A stretch of 63,938 nt of DNA, filler included, from Octopus bimaculoides (GCF_001194135.2; 9 parts of 6 records of this genome joined end to end with filler, not necessarily neighbours in it); one strand, 5' to 3'. Positions 24,561 to 39,361 are shown, counted from the whole stretch's first letter. Numbers and translations are program-made. Notes: generated by a model from the letters alone, not told the origin.

Positions 24561-24993
24561 TTCATTTGAAAGGTAAGGTAAAAAATAAGTGAGAAGTAAT
24601 TAGAGACCCTGAAAGAGGGATTCTAGAAGAAACTGACTCATCGTGTTTATTTAAAAGCAGTATATAAACTCATACATTACTGAAAATATAGATGCCCCTA
24701 CACTTTATAAAATTTTTAAAATCCACATAAAACTGTTTTTCATATTTTCTTTAGGTGGTGTATTTGGAGTTCAGCTTTGATGTTAATACCATTTAGATTC
24801 AAGTAAAGCTATTGAATGGAGTACATTTAAAATCTATCCAGACTCTGATGAAATATTTTACTAAGATGAACTAAGAAAGCACTGCCAGTATTTTAGCGCT
24901 TCTAATAGTTATCTGTATCTCTCTTACTATCTCTCTCTGTATGTATGCATGTATGTATGTTTGTATGTATGTTTGTATGTATGTGCGTGTATG

Positions 24994-25026
<33 letters not shown>

Positions 25027-25520
25027 ATGTATGTATGTATATATGTAATAATACATATATGCATGAACACATATTCAAATTTATACACAAACACACGCAC
25101 ACAAACACACACACATATGGTCTAATATTCCGTTGTTGAGAGGTTCAGCGAAATTAAACATTCAATACAATTAAGAATTATCAATATTTAATGGACAGCA
25201 TCTTATTTGCAACAAACTACTTAAGTTTCATGTAAAGAGGATGAAGCACGCCATAGCTTATATCAAACTGTTACCGTCGTATTCCGACAATCTTCAGATT
25301 CGTCCACAATATGGAAACAAATAGTGAAATACTCTTAGTATTGTTTAAAGGAAAAAGTTATTTGCGATGGAAATAAATATATATGGTAAATAAATATATA
25401 TGCGTATTTTGCGTGCTTTGGATTATAAACAATTAGACAAATCTAAACTAAGCAAACGGGTACACATTAATACGGATTTGAAATACGCATTTGGATATAC
25501 ATTAATACGAATTTGAAATA

Positions 25521-26086
25521 CAGACTGTCCTCATTTAACGACCGAACTACGTTCCAACAGCCCCGTCGTTAAGCAAATTCGTCGTTAAACGAATATTCAT
25601 AGGGTACGTATTTTTTTAAATAATTATAGTGTACTGTATGTACATATAGAAACAGAATACCGTACTGTATAAAGTATATGCAGTACAGGGCCAAGAATCA
25701 CTGTCATAAATTGTTGAAAAATGAATAAGTAACAGTAAGATTATCACAAGGAAAACCTTAAAAGTTAGGATATGGATACTGTATTATTGTAGCGCAGACA
25801 TCGTAAGTATGTTTGTGATTCCAGGTCCAGTACATAAGATGCCTAATAAACTTTTCTCAGGATTATATAGAAAAGGGGAAAAGGTTTAAAGGAAACTCAA
25901 ACATAATAACTTTGTTTTACTTTGGATAAAGATTACAAAAGTAACTCATTCTTGACATCAAAATGCATGAAAAATCCCGTCAGTGTTGTTTGCTTTGTTA
26001 TATTCTTTTTTTAATGACGGCTCGTAAAGTTCGTCGTAACTCCGAGTGGTCGTTAAATAGGTAGGTCGTTAAATGAGGACAGTCTG
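25521..26086. mobile_element. 566-bp MITE (Tc1/mariner, pogo/Tigger-like) with perfect 23-bp TIRs and TA target duplication
   Basis: Left TIR cagactgtcctcatttaacgacc (25521-25543), right ggtcgttaaatgaggacagtctg (26064-26086); TA at 25519-20 and 26087-88; subterminal gtcgttaa motifs; no ORF. Confidence 0.92.
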
Positions 26087-26296
26087 TACGTATTTTGTAG
26101 GCGTATTATCTTAAATCAAAATTTCTTGTGTTTACCTTTACTTTTGGTGCGTGTGATATCATATGTCTTTAAGATGCCTGAATGAATAGTAGTTGTATTT
26201 TATGAATATTTTTAAATGTACAAACATAATATTCATATGGAAGCCCCTCAATGGCTATTTACAATTCATAGCTAATATATTCAACCTTTTTGTGTC

Positions 26297-26518
26297 GGCG
26301 AGCTGGCAGAAATGTAAGTGCGCCGGGCGAAATGCTTATCAGTATTTCGTCTGCCGTTACGTTCTGAGTTCAAATTCCGCCGAGGTCGACTTTGCCCTTC
26401 ATCCTTTCTGGATCGGTTAAATAAGTACCAATTAACGAACTGGTGTCGATGTAATCGGCTTCATCCCTTTGTTTGTCCTCTCTATGTTTAGGCCCCTGTG
26501 GGCAATAAAGAAACAAAT
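26297..26518 (+). mobile_element. Abundant ~220-bp SINE-like repeat (ggcgagctggcaga..gttctgagttcaaattccgccgaggtcgac..)
   Basis: Homologous copies at 36934, 47449, 57311, 58330 (+) and 56870-57310, 39362 (-). Confidence 0.85.
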
Positions 26519-26619
26519 ATATTTAACCTTTCAATAGTTATTCACAGCTTATTCGCCTGCGTCTTATTACACAGAAGCACAAACACACCCACCCATATAC
26601 ACAAACACAACTTTTCTCT

Positions 26620-26961
26620 TCATCAGACTGCAGTCATGTTTGGCAACCAGCTTGACCTATGAATCGAATCCCGTACGTATGATATTTTTTTTCAAACCTG
26701 ATACTAATTATATTGGTTTCTTTGACGAAACGCTAACGTATGGGGACGTAAACAAAACAACGCCAGTTGTCAAGAGGTGGTGGAAGAGAAACACAAACAC
26801 ACGCATCGGTATATGTGTTTATATATANNNNNNNNNNNNNNNNNNNNNNNNNNNNNNNNNNNNNNNNNNNNNNNNNNNNNNNNNNNNNNNNNNNNNNNNN
26901 NNNNNNNNNNNNNNNNNNNNNNNNNNNNNNNNNNNNNNNNNNNNNNNNNNNNNNNNNNNNN

Positions 26962-27006
<45 letters not shown>

Positions 27007-27138
27007 TGACGGGCCGCTCACAAACGTTTGGTCACTCCGAAGCCTTAAAAGAAAGCATTTGGTCAAGGTTACATGCCGTGGGACTGAACCCGGAACAATG
27101 TGGTTGGGAAGCAAGCTTCTTATCCCTCCGCCATTCCT
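26620..27138 (-). mobile_element. tRNA-derived SINE with internal microsatellite (contains gap)
   Basis: Colinear with 53695-54087. Confidence 0.75.
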
Positions 27139-27792
27139 GCGCTTACACGTATATATTATCCCCCCCATACATATATATCTTTACACAATACATGCACACA
27201 GCACACACGCACACATGTATATTCTCTCACAAACCGTTCTTACATACGCACGCGCAATTGCGTATTCCAATAAACACAACATATGTATTTAAGTGATACT
27301 GTTAATTTCCTGTGCTCAGAGCATGTCGAACAATGGTCTTAACACCTCTGTTGTCGGAGCACTATAATCAGACACTGCCCGCTATGTGGGAAATGTCTGA
27401 TCATTGTGCTAGGACACCACACGTGTTAAAACCTTCGTTCGGCATTTGCTCGGCACATGAAACTAATAGTAATACATAAATACATATTTTGTGTTTATTA
27501 CTTAATATGAATCTCTTAAGAGATGGAGTACTTATCTTATTGATCTTACTAACTCTACATTATATATATATAATGGAGATAAGAAAAATAAAGTTTAGAA
27601 AATCATTACTGACCAGTAACAGTTGTACCTATACAGACTATTTTTAACGCCACGTAGCAGTTCCATCTGAAAAGTTTCGTAATGTTTGCAGATTTAAATA
27701 TTTTTCTTCGGGCTGTCATCAAAGGTGCGACCTTACAAGCAGCAACTTTTACAAACACCACTTCGCACACACAAAACGCCCCTCACACACAC

Positions 27793-27830
<38 letters not shown>

Positions 27831-27840
27831 NNNNNNNNNN

Positions 27841-27878
<38 letters not shown>

Positions 27879-28041
27879 ATGATGAATAATGGCATAATTG
27901 AACAGTAGTAATTAGGTCAGGTATTCTTAGTTTCGGGAAAATCTTTTGCCTACAGGAAGGATTCTCATTCTAGTGTATCCAGAAGCTTTAATTGTGATCC
28001 CTAAGCATTATTCTTCAGTTCAATATATTTCCCAATGAAAG

Positions 28042-28043
<2 letters not shown>

Positions 28044-28139
<96 letters not shown>

Positions 28140-28170
28140 GTGTGTGTGTGTGCGTGCGTGCGTGTGCGCA
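28044..28170 (+). repeat. (GT)n microsatellite
   Basis: Direct reading. Confidence 0.98.
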
Positions 28171-30192
28171 TGCATGTGTGTTTGCTTGTGAGTGTAAAAG
28201 AGCGCGAGGAAGAGAGAAAATTTGTGCTGTGGAAAGTGAAATTCTTTATTTGAAATAGTGCTCCCCTGAGTGAAAGAAGTGTTTTACGTAAGACTTTTAA
28301 ATTCTGTTCCCAAATTCTTATTGCATTCGTAACAATATTGACAGTGAAACCCGTGCCACACAGACAGACATTTCATTCTTCAAAACTTCATCTCATCTAC
28401 AATGCATTGCTTCATTTGCACAAGAGAATGCACTTCATTTCTTGGTAAAGCTTATGATGTCTACTTGCTGATAAATTATGTATAGATCTATGTGAAACCA
28501 TGATTAGTATAATATGCTAAAAGTGTAAGATTCTGCTCTTTAGAAAATAGCTACAATGCATCGGCAGAATAGTTGCAGATATTAATACTATAATACATTT
28601 TTTTTTTCTGTAGGAAACCTTATTAAAATTAATGTAGTCCATGTGGAGGAGATCAAGGTGACTGTCAATTACGATTTTTCTCTCAGAAAGTCAGAGCAAT
28701 ATAATTATATATGTTCGCCATTTATTTTTTGCGTTATATTTTTTTTTTGTTCTGATAAGAAATTGTTTTAATCATATATAAAATATTCTGCTCAAAACTT
28801 ATATAATCAACCAAAAATCGATACCAAATTTGTTATGCATATTATTCTATGCTCCAAATTACCACGGACATTCGACCATTTTAATGTGAGAATGTATACT
28901 TCCATTTCTGACTTACTCAGATAAATATGCACATATATTTCATCTTATAGTTTTCCCCATTTACTTCTAAGAGAAATCAAAGACTATCTCTGTTACATAC
29001 AAGAATTAATTTAGTCATTTGTATACGTAATTAAACTGTTATGTACATTGCTTTGGATACGAGTATTACTGTATCCAGTGGTTAGTTTTTGTAATTGCAT
29101 TGTTTCAGTTTCCCCCTCAACACTAGTGGCTACTTCATCTGTTCAATATTTTATCCTAAGCATTTATCGTAACAGATAATTATCTATTACTGCTGTTACT
29201 GTTCTGTCTTTATTGAGCGTTACAACATTTTTTACTATGTGGTTAAGATCTTTATTACTTTGTCCTTAGTTGACTAATAATACATATTTCATATTTTTCC
29301 TTTCACTTTTATTTTACGGCCACTTTTTACAGTTGTCGATTTAAAGTGTTAATGTTGTATATGCTGAATGATAAATTGCCGTTCTTTTACACATAGTTCC
29401 AAATCTTGAAAGGGTGGTAAAATTTATTTGTTGAAAGAAGTCTGCTTTCAAAAACCAATTTTTAAATCTCGATGCATACTAGTCAACCCACAAGCAGAAG
29501 TGGAATCTATGTTATTTTTCAGCCAAGGAAATTTGAAAAAAAGGCGTATGATGTGCTTTGGATTTAGACTCCAAAGATTGGTAATTTCATAGCTGCTATG
29601 CTGCCAAATTCACTACGCTTAAGACTAACTGTGCAACAAATGCAACTGCATCAGCTCGTAGTACAGGGATATCCATAGATGCCTAAGCGCAGTGGTCAAT
29701 CTCGAGACGCACGGCGTGAGAGCAACGAACAGTTGAACAAAGATCTACAGAAGACCTGAAACATCACTTTGGAATTGACTAACACGCATCCAACCCATTC
29801 CAGCAAAATTGAATTGTAACTACGTTTTCTCGTTCCAATTCTGCACTTAGTTCCTCAGAATAGCATTCCTTCTTCAGTTCTTTGTAGCATGCGACTCTCA
29901 TAAAACTGACAAATCAACATTGGTATTTCGCGGTGCATAAATAATCGAGGAACTATCGCAGTACTAGCACATCGGGTATAAAACTTACTCGATTAGTTCC
30001 TAAATTTAACAATATCGTAGCCTAATGTACTTTTCTATTAATACTGCTTTTTCCAAACCTTGTTGATTTATTCTAATCGCACTCTCCACAACGCTTCGTT
30101 CAACATCGTCTTGCGGCGAGATCTACTGTCTGTGAGGTCACACTGAAATTGAATTGACATGTGTCAATGGGGGAGTTGTGATCAAGTAATAG

Positions 30193-30261
<69 letters not shown>

Positions 30262-30410
30262 CACTGTTACTGCGGCTACTGCCGCTGATACAACTGCTAC
30301 TAAGCAAAAATAATAATAACAATGAATAAATGCTATTGCAACAGAAGCCGAAGCAGCAGCAGTAGTAGTATTAGTGACATTAAGGAGGAGGAGGACGTAG
30401 TAGTAGTAGC

Positions 30411-30445
<35 letters not shown>

Positions 30446-30570
30446 AAGAAGAAGAAGAAGAAGAAAAAGAAGAAGAAGAAGAAGAAGAACAACAACAACA
30501 ACAGCAACAACAACAAGTTGATGGCGAAGATGACGGCGATGACGATGATTACGATGGAGGCGAAGAAGGA
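30193..30570. repeat. Compound trinucleotide tract (CTA)n(CTG)n..(CAG)(TAG)n(GAA)n(CAA)n
   Basis: Direct reading. Confidence 0.95.
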
Positions 30571-32476
30571 TGAGAGGGAGGTGAAAATATACGAAGCTGA
30601 ATATTTGAAACAATGGCTGAACCAAAACACTACGTCTTCATTTTAATGTTTAGACGTGCTCCATTTTTCAGTTCAACAATATTGTGGACAGCCAACATTT
30701 TACGATTCTCTTAGTTATTGGAAATAGGTAGGCGGTTCTCCCGGTGATTTCTCTGCTCTAAATAAGTGTTATTTTCCGATGAGTTCTTTACATATACATG
30801 TAATAAACAATGAATCTGAGTGCAATATAATTTTAAAAAACCACTTTAGAACTTAGTAGGTATTTGTATGTCATACAGCTGTGTATATCTTACCGTAGAA
30901 AACACTGGGAATTATAGATAATTAACGAGTAAGTTGTAATCCAATAGCTTCGTATGAACATATGTTAGTGAGAAAAGGGAATTAGTCTTAGAGTGCTAAC
31001 ACACTGAAATACACGTGAAATATGGAAAAGCGTTGCTAGACGCAATCAGCATTTACATCGTTTTAAATTACTTTACAAAACATCAGTTTGCTATTAGACA
31101 GATTACTTTTTGGACTTCTCGCAAATTTGAAAGAATCCCAAGTCAACAGAGATATTTTAGAATTTGACAAGCTCCTGTATGATACTCTAAATAGTTTCGA
31201 AAATTTAAATTAGATCGGTTGTGGAATGTTTGCTTCTTTTCTTTAAATATATTGTTTCCGAACGATTCAAGAAATGTTTCTGAATAGCATGTGTATTTCT
31301 TATTTTGAACAGGTAATCTTCATTTCATACCCTATTGATTTTCTGAAATCTCATATTTGCTCAGTTAACGTAGCCAGTTTAGAATCTGGATGACAACTAA
31401 ATGAGATTGAAATAGTATCTGATTGGTATGGAAATAGTTTCTGAATTGTAAGTATATGTCTTGCTATATGCCATAGATAACATCCGGCAAGCTGCATAAT
31501 TGATATCATTAATGCTTGTGTTATTTCTAACAAAAGTATGGTCGCTAGAACTCTAGCGAATACATAAGTGTTAGGTTAAGAACAGGGTGGAAATAGTTTA
31601 GGAAATTGCAGCCTGCATGTAGTCAACTAACTGCGAGAAATTATAGCCAAATACCTTCTGAAATCATAGCGTACCAACAAATGATACAGCTATACGCAGT
31701 GGATAGCACATTCCAATAAAATCTGTTTGAATTCGATAAGGGATGACTCGTGACTAAACAATACTTCTATAAGTGATTGAGAAATAGTGAGAATATATAT
31801 CGTATACTAAGCAGTGTACTAAATGCATTTGCAAATTTGTTCAGGGGAGACAATTATGATAATATGAACGTTATACTATTGCACGGTGCATGCTGAATGA
31901 CAAATATATTAATAATTGCGAGCACAGTGAAGAGTCTCGAAAGAGCTTTACAAATAGAAATACTGGAAGAAAGGTAAGCAGTTAAATTCTTACAACTTTA
32001 GTTATTTTGCTATACTGAAGACTCAACCAACCAATGCTAACATGGAAAAATAAAAAGTAAAAATAACGCAAATGTAGCTTATATTAACGAACCTGTATTT
32101 CTCTAACAGCAATGGAATGTTTGTTTATTTGCTTTTGGTATTTATTGTTTGTTTCCTTTTTTCTTTTTGTTTGAATGACCAAATGGCTTTCTGGATGCAC
32201 GAGAACCATGACGTGTCTGCTGTTCAAATAAACATAACTAAAGCGCTATGAGTTTTTAATTTCCTCCAATTCCTTTTAGCAATGCAAAATAGATGTATCA
32301 TGAAAAGAACTATATTGACAAGTATTCTCGACAGAGTTCAAGAAAGCAATGTTAGGTGCCTTAAGCCAGGATTAAATAGATTTGTAAATTTTGACTGCGA
32401 TTAAGAGCAATTTTGTATTTGATTGTCGCTGTAATGAGTTGTTTACTCCGATAAGGAAAGAGCTGTAACAATCTCC

Positions 32477-32477
<1 letters not shown>

Positions 32478-32553
<76 letters not shown>
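32478..32553 (+). repeat. (TTTC)n microsatellite
   Basis: Direct reading. Confidence 0.97.
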
Positions 32554-32556
<3 letters not shown>

Positions 32557-33120
32557 GGTAGCTGCTATCTTGGTCTTTCGTACCAGTCACCACATCTACG
32601 TCCAAACTAACCACATCGATTATTTCATGTGATGTTTCAATCAATGTATATCATCTTTATTCTCTTTATCACTTCATTCCTCTTTACATTTTTCAATTTC
32701 CTTTATCTTTCATTCTGTTTGACAATCAACAAATCTTCCCTTGTCCAAATTTCATTCTTTGCACTGCTTGTATACACACATACAAATACATATATTAATA
32801 CAAACATACATACATGTGTCTACACACACATATATATATANNNNNNNNNNNNNNNNNNNNNNNNNNNNNNNNNNNNNNNNNNNNNNNNNNNNNNNNNNNN
32901 NNNNNNNNNNNNNNNNNNNNNNNNNNNNNNNNNNNNNNNNNNNNNNNNNNNNNNNNNNNNNNNNNNNNNNNNNNNNNNNNNNNNNNNNNNNNNNNNNNNN
33001 NNNNNNNNNNNNNNNNNNNNNNNNNNNNNNNNNNNNNNNNNNNNNNNNNNNNNNNNNNNNNNNNNNNNNNNNNNNNNNNNNNNNNNNNNNNNNNNNNNNN
33101 NNNNNNNNNNNNNNNNNNNN

Positions 33121-33160
<40 letters not shown>

Positions 33161-34064
33161 GAGAGAGAGAGAGAAAAGCAGATAGACAGACAGATAGAGG
33201 AGAGAGAGACAAAGGAAGAGACAGAGATAGGGAGACAGAGAAGGTAACGCGGGATGTCGCAACTGAATCTCGACTGATAGAATTGAAGAAAACGAAAGTG
33301 GATGAGAAATGCTTGAGTTATTGATACGGGTGTGTGTATGAGTGCATGCGTGTATGAGTGTGTGTGTATGAGTGTATGCGTGTGTGTGTGTGCGCATGTG
33401 TTTGAATGTGTGAATGAGTATGCGTGTGTTTGAGTGCGTGTGTGTGTGAATGTGTGTGTTAGTGTAAAAGTATGGATGTGTGTGATAGTGTGTAAATGTG
33501 TGTGTGTGTGCGTGTGTGTGTGCGTGTGTGTGTTTAGATATATATAAATATGTACTGCGAATTTATTTTGAAAGATGTTATTTTTTGCCAACCATCCAAA
33601 TTCAGGCAATATTGTAGGAAAATATTCATTGAGGAGCTGGAAAATAATTTCTTCCAGCTACAACTGATCATCTGAGATTTGAAGACATATGCGTATATAT
33701 ATATATAACATGTACCTGCAGTGTCGATAAGCATTGCATGGTGAATGATATTGCTACTATATCGTGAACATTCAATTTTTTTTGTGATCTTTTCCACGTA
33801 AATGAATCATGCATACATATATTCTCAACAAGAATACATGTGGTAGAGAGAATATTCACTTCAATTTTCGATGCTAATGACGAATTCGTTCTCTATACAG
33901 AGTCACATCTTCTGCCATGACCATTTTAGGGTTATTGATGTAAAAAATTCACGATCACCTATTCATATGAGCACACACATCCCACACAGCACACACTCTC
34001 ACACTCACATACGGACACACATACATACATATCTCTATCATGTCCAAGATGTTACGATATATAC

Positions 34065-34112
<48 letters not shown>

Positions 34113-34551
34113 TATATACTTTTATAAAACAAATTTTACAAAATATATAGTATCTGTTAACAGTCTTAGCAAAAAGCTCACAGGTGAGTTTTTGTATATA
34201 TATATGTATACATGTCTCTTATATATATATATCGTAAAATTGTCTGTTATCGGTTTCGATTAAATAACTATCAGATCATAAATCAATATATATGACATTC
34301 TTTTATCCATCCATTTTCTCCACCCACACATTTCCTTACGGATCGTGACGATTGACTCCTCACGGCCTTCATCCATAAGGTTCTATCGGAAATAACCCTC
34401 TACACACTTTCCAGTTGAATATTATCCGACCACCTCGTTCCAGCTATTAAAAACAATTTCTTTTCTTTAACTATATCTCTAAGCATAGATTTCACTTTTA
34501 CTCAAGTGTGTGTGTATATGTGTGTGTGTGTGTGTATGTATGCATATGTAA

Positions 34552-34595
<44 letters not shown>

Positions 34596-35846
34596 CAGTG
34601 AGTGTATATATATGTTTATATATGAATATACTTATATTTGTATACATATATATGGCTGTATATATATNNNNNNNNNNNNNNNNNNNNNNNNNNNNNNNNN
34701 NNNNNNNNNNNNNNNNNNNNNNNNNNNNNNNNNNNNNNNNNNNNNNNNNNNNNNNNNNNNNNNNNNNNNNNNNNNNNNNNNNNNNNNNNNNNNNNNNNNN
34801 NNNNNNNNNNNNNNNNNNNNNNNNNNNNNNNNNNNNNNNNNNNNNNNNNNNNNNNNNNNNNNNNNNNNNNNNNNNNNNNNNNNNNNNNNNNNNNNNNNNN
34901 NNNNNNNNNNNNNNNNNNNNNNNNNNNNNNNNNNNNNNNNNNNNNNNNNNNNNNNNNNNNNNNNNNNNNNNNNNNNNNNNNNNNNNNNNNNNNNNNNNNN
35001 NNNNNNNNNNNNNNNNNNNNNNNNNNNNNNNNNNNNNNNNNNNNNNNNNNNNNNNNNNNNNNNNNNNNNNNNNNNNNNNNNNNNNNNNNNNNNNNNNNNN
35101 NNNNNNNNNNNNNNNNNNNNNNNNNNNNNNNNNNNNNNNNNNNNNNNNNNNNNNNNNNNNNNNNNNNNNNNNNNNNNNNNNNNNNNNNNNNNNNNNNNNN
35201 NNNNNNNNNNNNNNNNNNNNNNNNNNNNNNNNNNNNNNNNNNNNNNNNNNNNNNNNNNNNNNNNNNNNNNNNNNNNNNNNNNNNNNNNNNNNNNNNNNNN
35301 NNNNNNNNNNNNNNNNNNNNNNNNNNNNNNNNNNNNNNNNNNNNNNNNNNNNNNNNNNNNNNNNNNNNNNNNNNNNNNNNNNNNNNNNNNNNNNNNNNNN
35401 NNNNNNNNNNNNNNNNNNNNNNNNNNNNNNNNNNNNNNNNNNNNNNNNNNNNNATATATATATATATAGATATATATGTATATAATACTAGATATCCTAT
35501 AGATTGATATTTGTTTCTCTAGTACGTCTATCTCTGTGCATGCGTTTGTATTGGAATATTTGTGTATGTACGTCTATGTGTATTTATCCATTTCCTCTTG
35601 TCATTTACTTGATGTAATAATCGATAGATGAATCTCGAAATGTCTTTGTAGGAAAAAAATAATAATAAGCTTGATCAAACATTGGGCCGTAAACATTACA
35701 AAACAAAGAGGAAAAATGTATGAAAAAGATCAATGGCAACAATAATATCAACGACAAACGAAAACAAGAACCAATACCAAAATACTTACATTATAGCAAG
35801 GACATCAGTCTCAAATACGACATTATTGACAGCAGTAACATTAATG

Positions 35847-35847
<1 letters not shown>

Positions 35848-35937
<90 letters not shown>

Positions 35938-35975
35938 CCTCTCTCTCTCTATCTATCTATCTATCTATTTATCTA

Positions 35976-36052
<77 letters not shown>

Positions 36053-36070
36053 ATATATATATATATATAT
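35848..36070 (+). repeat. Compound (TCTA)n/(TCTG)n/(TC)n/(TA)n microsatellite
   Basis: Direct reading. Confidence 0.97.
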
Positions 36071-36933
36071 AACGCCTGCATATATGTATGCATGTATATA
36101 TGTACCTACATGTACATATATATGCATATTATATATATGTATTTTATTATACAGAAACATATATATACCGAGAGAAAGAGAGAGAAAGAAGGTAAGAAAG
36201 GTAGATGGATAGATACATACAAACATACATAAATAAGAATCTGTTAGCTGTAAGAATATGGAAATATTAGAAAGACAAACATATGAGAACGATGCGAATA
36301 CATAATGGTAATATCTACAGAGAAAAAATTATTAAAATAATCGAAAACTTCAATGGAAGAGAGAATAAGAAAATACAGCAATAGGAATAATAATAATAAT
36401 AGCAACGTTAATAATGTTATCCACAATGACAGCAGCAATTGAACAACAAAAATTACACTAATTCTTTCTATTTTAAACACAAGTTCTGGAATAACTGAAG
36501 AAAGGCTGATTCGACATCGACAGCATTTGAACGCAGAACGTAAATTTGGAAGAAGCGCCGCGTTAATAGTTCTGCCAGTTCACCGCCTATATTACATTAA
36601 TATTTAGAAATATTGTATTTCTAAATCTCTCAGAGGGTTCTATGCAATACCAGCACGATAAAGTGATGCTGTGTTGCCAAATTAATGTGACAGTCCCTGG
36701 AAAGGGAAGAATGCTACTGCTATTTAGCCCCAAGAAACACTGCTTCAAGATGGCTATGTGACACAAGCGTTCTGTTTCCTTAAGTTTTCCAAACAGGGGA
36801 GATAAGCACCCCACCCAACAAAGCCAGTATCCAGAGACTAGTTTCAGAATAGTTGCTCTTCATCAGTCTGGGGCTACAGTCTGGCAACAAACCATCACTT
36901 TATATCAATATTGTTATTATAAATGTCATGAAT

Positions 36934-37150
36934 GCGGCGAGCTGACAGAATCGTTAGCATGCCGGTTGAAATGCTTAGCGGTATTTCTTCCGTCTTTACG
37001 TTCTGATTTCAAATTCCGTCGACGTCGACTTTGCAATTCGTCCTTTCGGGGTCGATGAAACTAGTACCAGTCAGCTACTGGGGTCGATATAATCGACTAT
37101 CTCCTCCCTGAAAAACTTCAGGTCATGTGCCTATAGTGGAAAAGATTATT
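36934..37150 (+). mobile_element. SINE-like repeat (family of 26297)
   Basis: gcggcgagctgacagaatcgttagcatgccgg..gttctgatttcaaattccgtcgacgtcgac..gggtcgat. Confidence 0.8.
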
Positions 37151-39361
37151 ATAAGTATCATGGCAGAATCGTTAGCACGCCTCGTGAAATTTTCAGCGGT
37201 ACTTCGTATTCCGCCGTGTGTTATAATTACTGATGGCTATGAGGTATAATCTGCAAGATGCTCTTGTTAGAAAATCTAGTATCGGTTGTCTAACCGTATT
37301 TGTTCTGTCATCTAATTCGGTGGTGATTTTATAGAACGTGTGATCTGTGTGTTTTGTGTTATTTCACTTTGATGTGATATTTTCGGATATATATTGAAAG
37401 CAGAGCTCTTACTGCTTGCGTTGATGGTCCATTTAACTGAAAGTGGTTTTTGATATGGGTGGAGCGGACCCGCGATATATTCGAATTTGTGCAACATTGT
37501 TACCACTGTAATGTGAGTGCGATTCTTTGTGTGTATATATATATATATCACTTATTTCATTATCATGCGACACCTCCAACGTACTGAAGACCCAACTCAG
37601 GGTTGTTCAAATGTTCATAGTTCTGCCTTCAATATATTTTTCCACGCTATTTGTAAAAGTCTAACCCAACTTATGGGAGAAATTTCTTACTATGGATGTG
37701 TATCATTTATTACCATTTGTATAATTGTGCTATGACTCATGGGAGTCTTCTAGTGTTTTAGAGAAGCAGAAGGAAGCATAAATTATTACCTTCTTATTTT
37801 GATCTCTGTCACCCAGTTGCCGTGTACAAAATTCTTGTCTAGAATTGTACAGTCATTTTGTGCCAGATTTATATAGTAATAAATGGGGTTAGCTTTAATA
37901 TATTTCCCGGATTACTGACTCCATAATATTGTTACTCACCAATCCATTACGACTGAATCTCGTGATATAGCATTCAGTGTAAATACTCTGACGTCATTTA
38001 TAGCGTTCTTGTTACAGATATGAGATATTTTCATTTTACACTTTTCCAAATATCGTTTCCATTGTAGTTTTGACACATTTCACACATAATTTTCTTCCAC
38101 TATTGATAAGTTTTTGTAGGAAACAAAGACTTATCTTTCCTCTCTGGTGTTTGAAAACCTCTTTGGTCTGAATGATCAGACTGCTTTGTTTTGTTGTCTC
38201 ACTTTAAAAAAAAAAATTAATGTAAATTGAAATTCCCCTGGTAGACTGCTGTACAATAGCGGTAATGATCTCCAGCTAGAAACTTACAGTGCATATATTT
38301 ATAGGTCATCCATGATGAGGAGACAGTGGAATAAACTGTTCTTTTCTCCTACGTAATATTACCAATAGTTTCGAGTGTTGTCACTTTTCCCTGTTCCCAA
38401 AGCTGAAACCAGATATTTAAGTCCTACGTACAGACAGGTTTTTAAATATTTTCTATTGATGTCAGATATACGTTTCTTTAATGGATATCTTATGAACCTT
38501 TGCTTTTAAGAGTACAAGATTTTCTTTCAATTACGTGGCTTTCAAATTCATATATATGAGTGCGCATATGTGTGTTACTGTGCGTTTCTGATCCATTATG
38601 TGTGGTAGCTATTTCTATCCGTTTGAGCGTCCAGGTAATTTCACTTGGGATTTATATTTAAATATACTGCAGGAAATATTCATACCAATTTTGCTACATT
38701 CCATCATTGGAATTAATTCATTTGCTTAGATCATATGAAACCTGATTTATACTGCCATTTACTCTGAACATTAAACCCCAGAGCGTCAAATAATTGTGAG
38801 ACTATATATATTAATGTATGAATGTTTATATCCCTTTGTCCGGCGCTCTAAATTTCAATCGTTATATCGGTCTATCTGAAAATATATTCCCAACGTAATT
38901 TTCTTCATATTATATCAAATATTGAACATCATGCGCACACGATATTTCTGTTGGAAATTTTATGTGAAATGTTAGGCTAAAATTTTGTATGATACTTTGA
39001 ACTTTTCAGTTGGCATTCTCATTACGATAGGACTCAACATCATATGGTTGGCAGAGGATATTTTCCTTTTGATTATTTTTTAAATATTAATTTTTAAAAT
39101 ATAATTTTAAAAACACGAAGTCCTATCCTTTATGTTTATTTTGTTTTTCGTTTATTTTTACTTGCAATTTGTGATTGTCATTTAGTATTATTCCAATTTG
39201 TTTTAAGTGTCAAACTCATTCATATTACTTCGATAATAATCATGATTCCCTCATCGGAAAAGAAATCCTTGTATATTATTACAACAGCGTCACAGAAAGT
39301 GTCAACCACAACAATAACAAGAACACCATGAACGACAGTAATAATTTTCCATTTTTACTAT

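Noticed and set aside
29679-29759. Short plus-strand ORF MPKRSGQSRDARRESNEQLNKDLQKT*
   Set aside because: 26 codons, immediately preceded by a stop, no splice or homology support
30322-30573. ORF with poly-S/V/E/Q/D runs
   Set aside because: Direct translation of compound triplet microsatellites
38288-38402. AG...GTAAGT-bounded 115-nt segment on the minus strand as a functional exon
   Set aside because: Stops in all three frames
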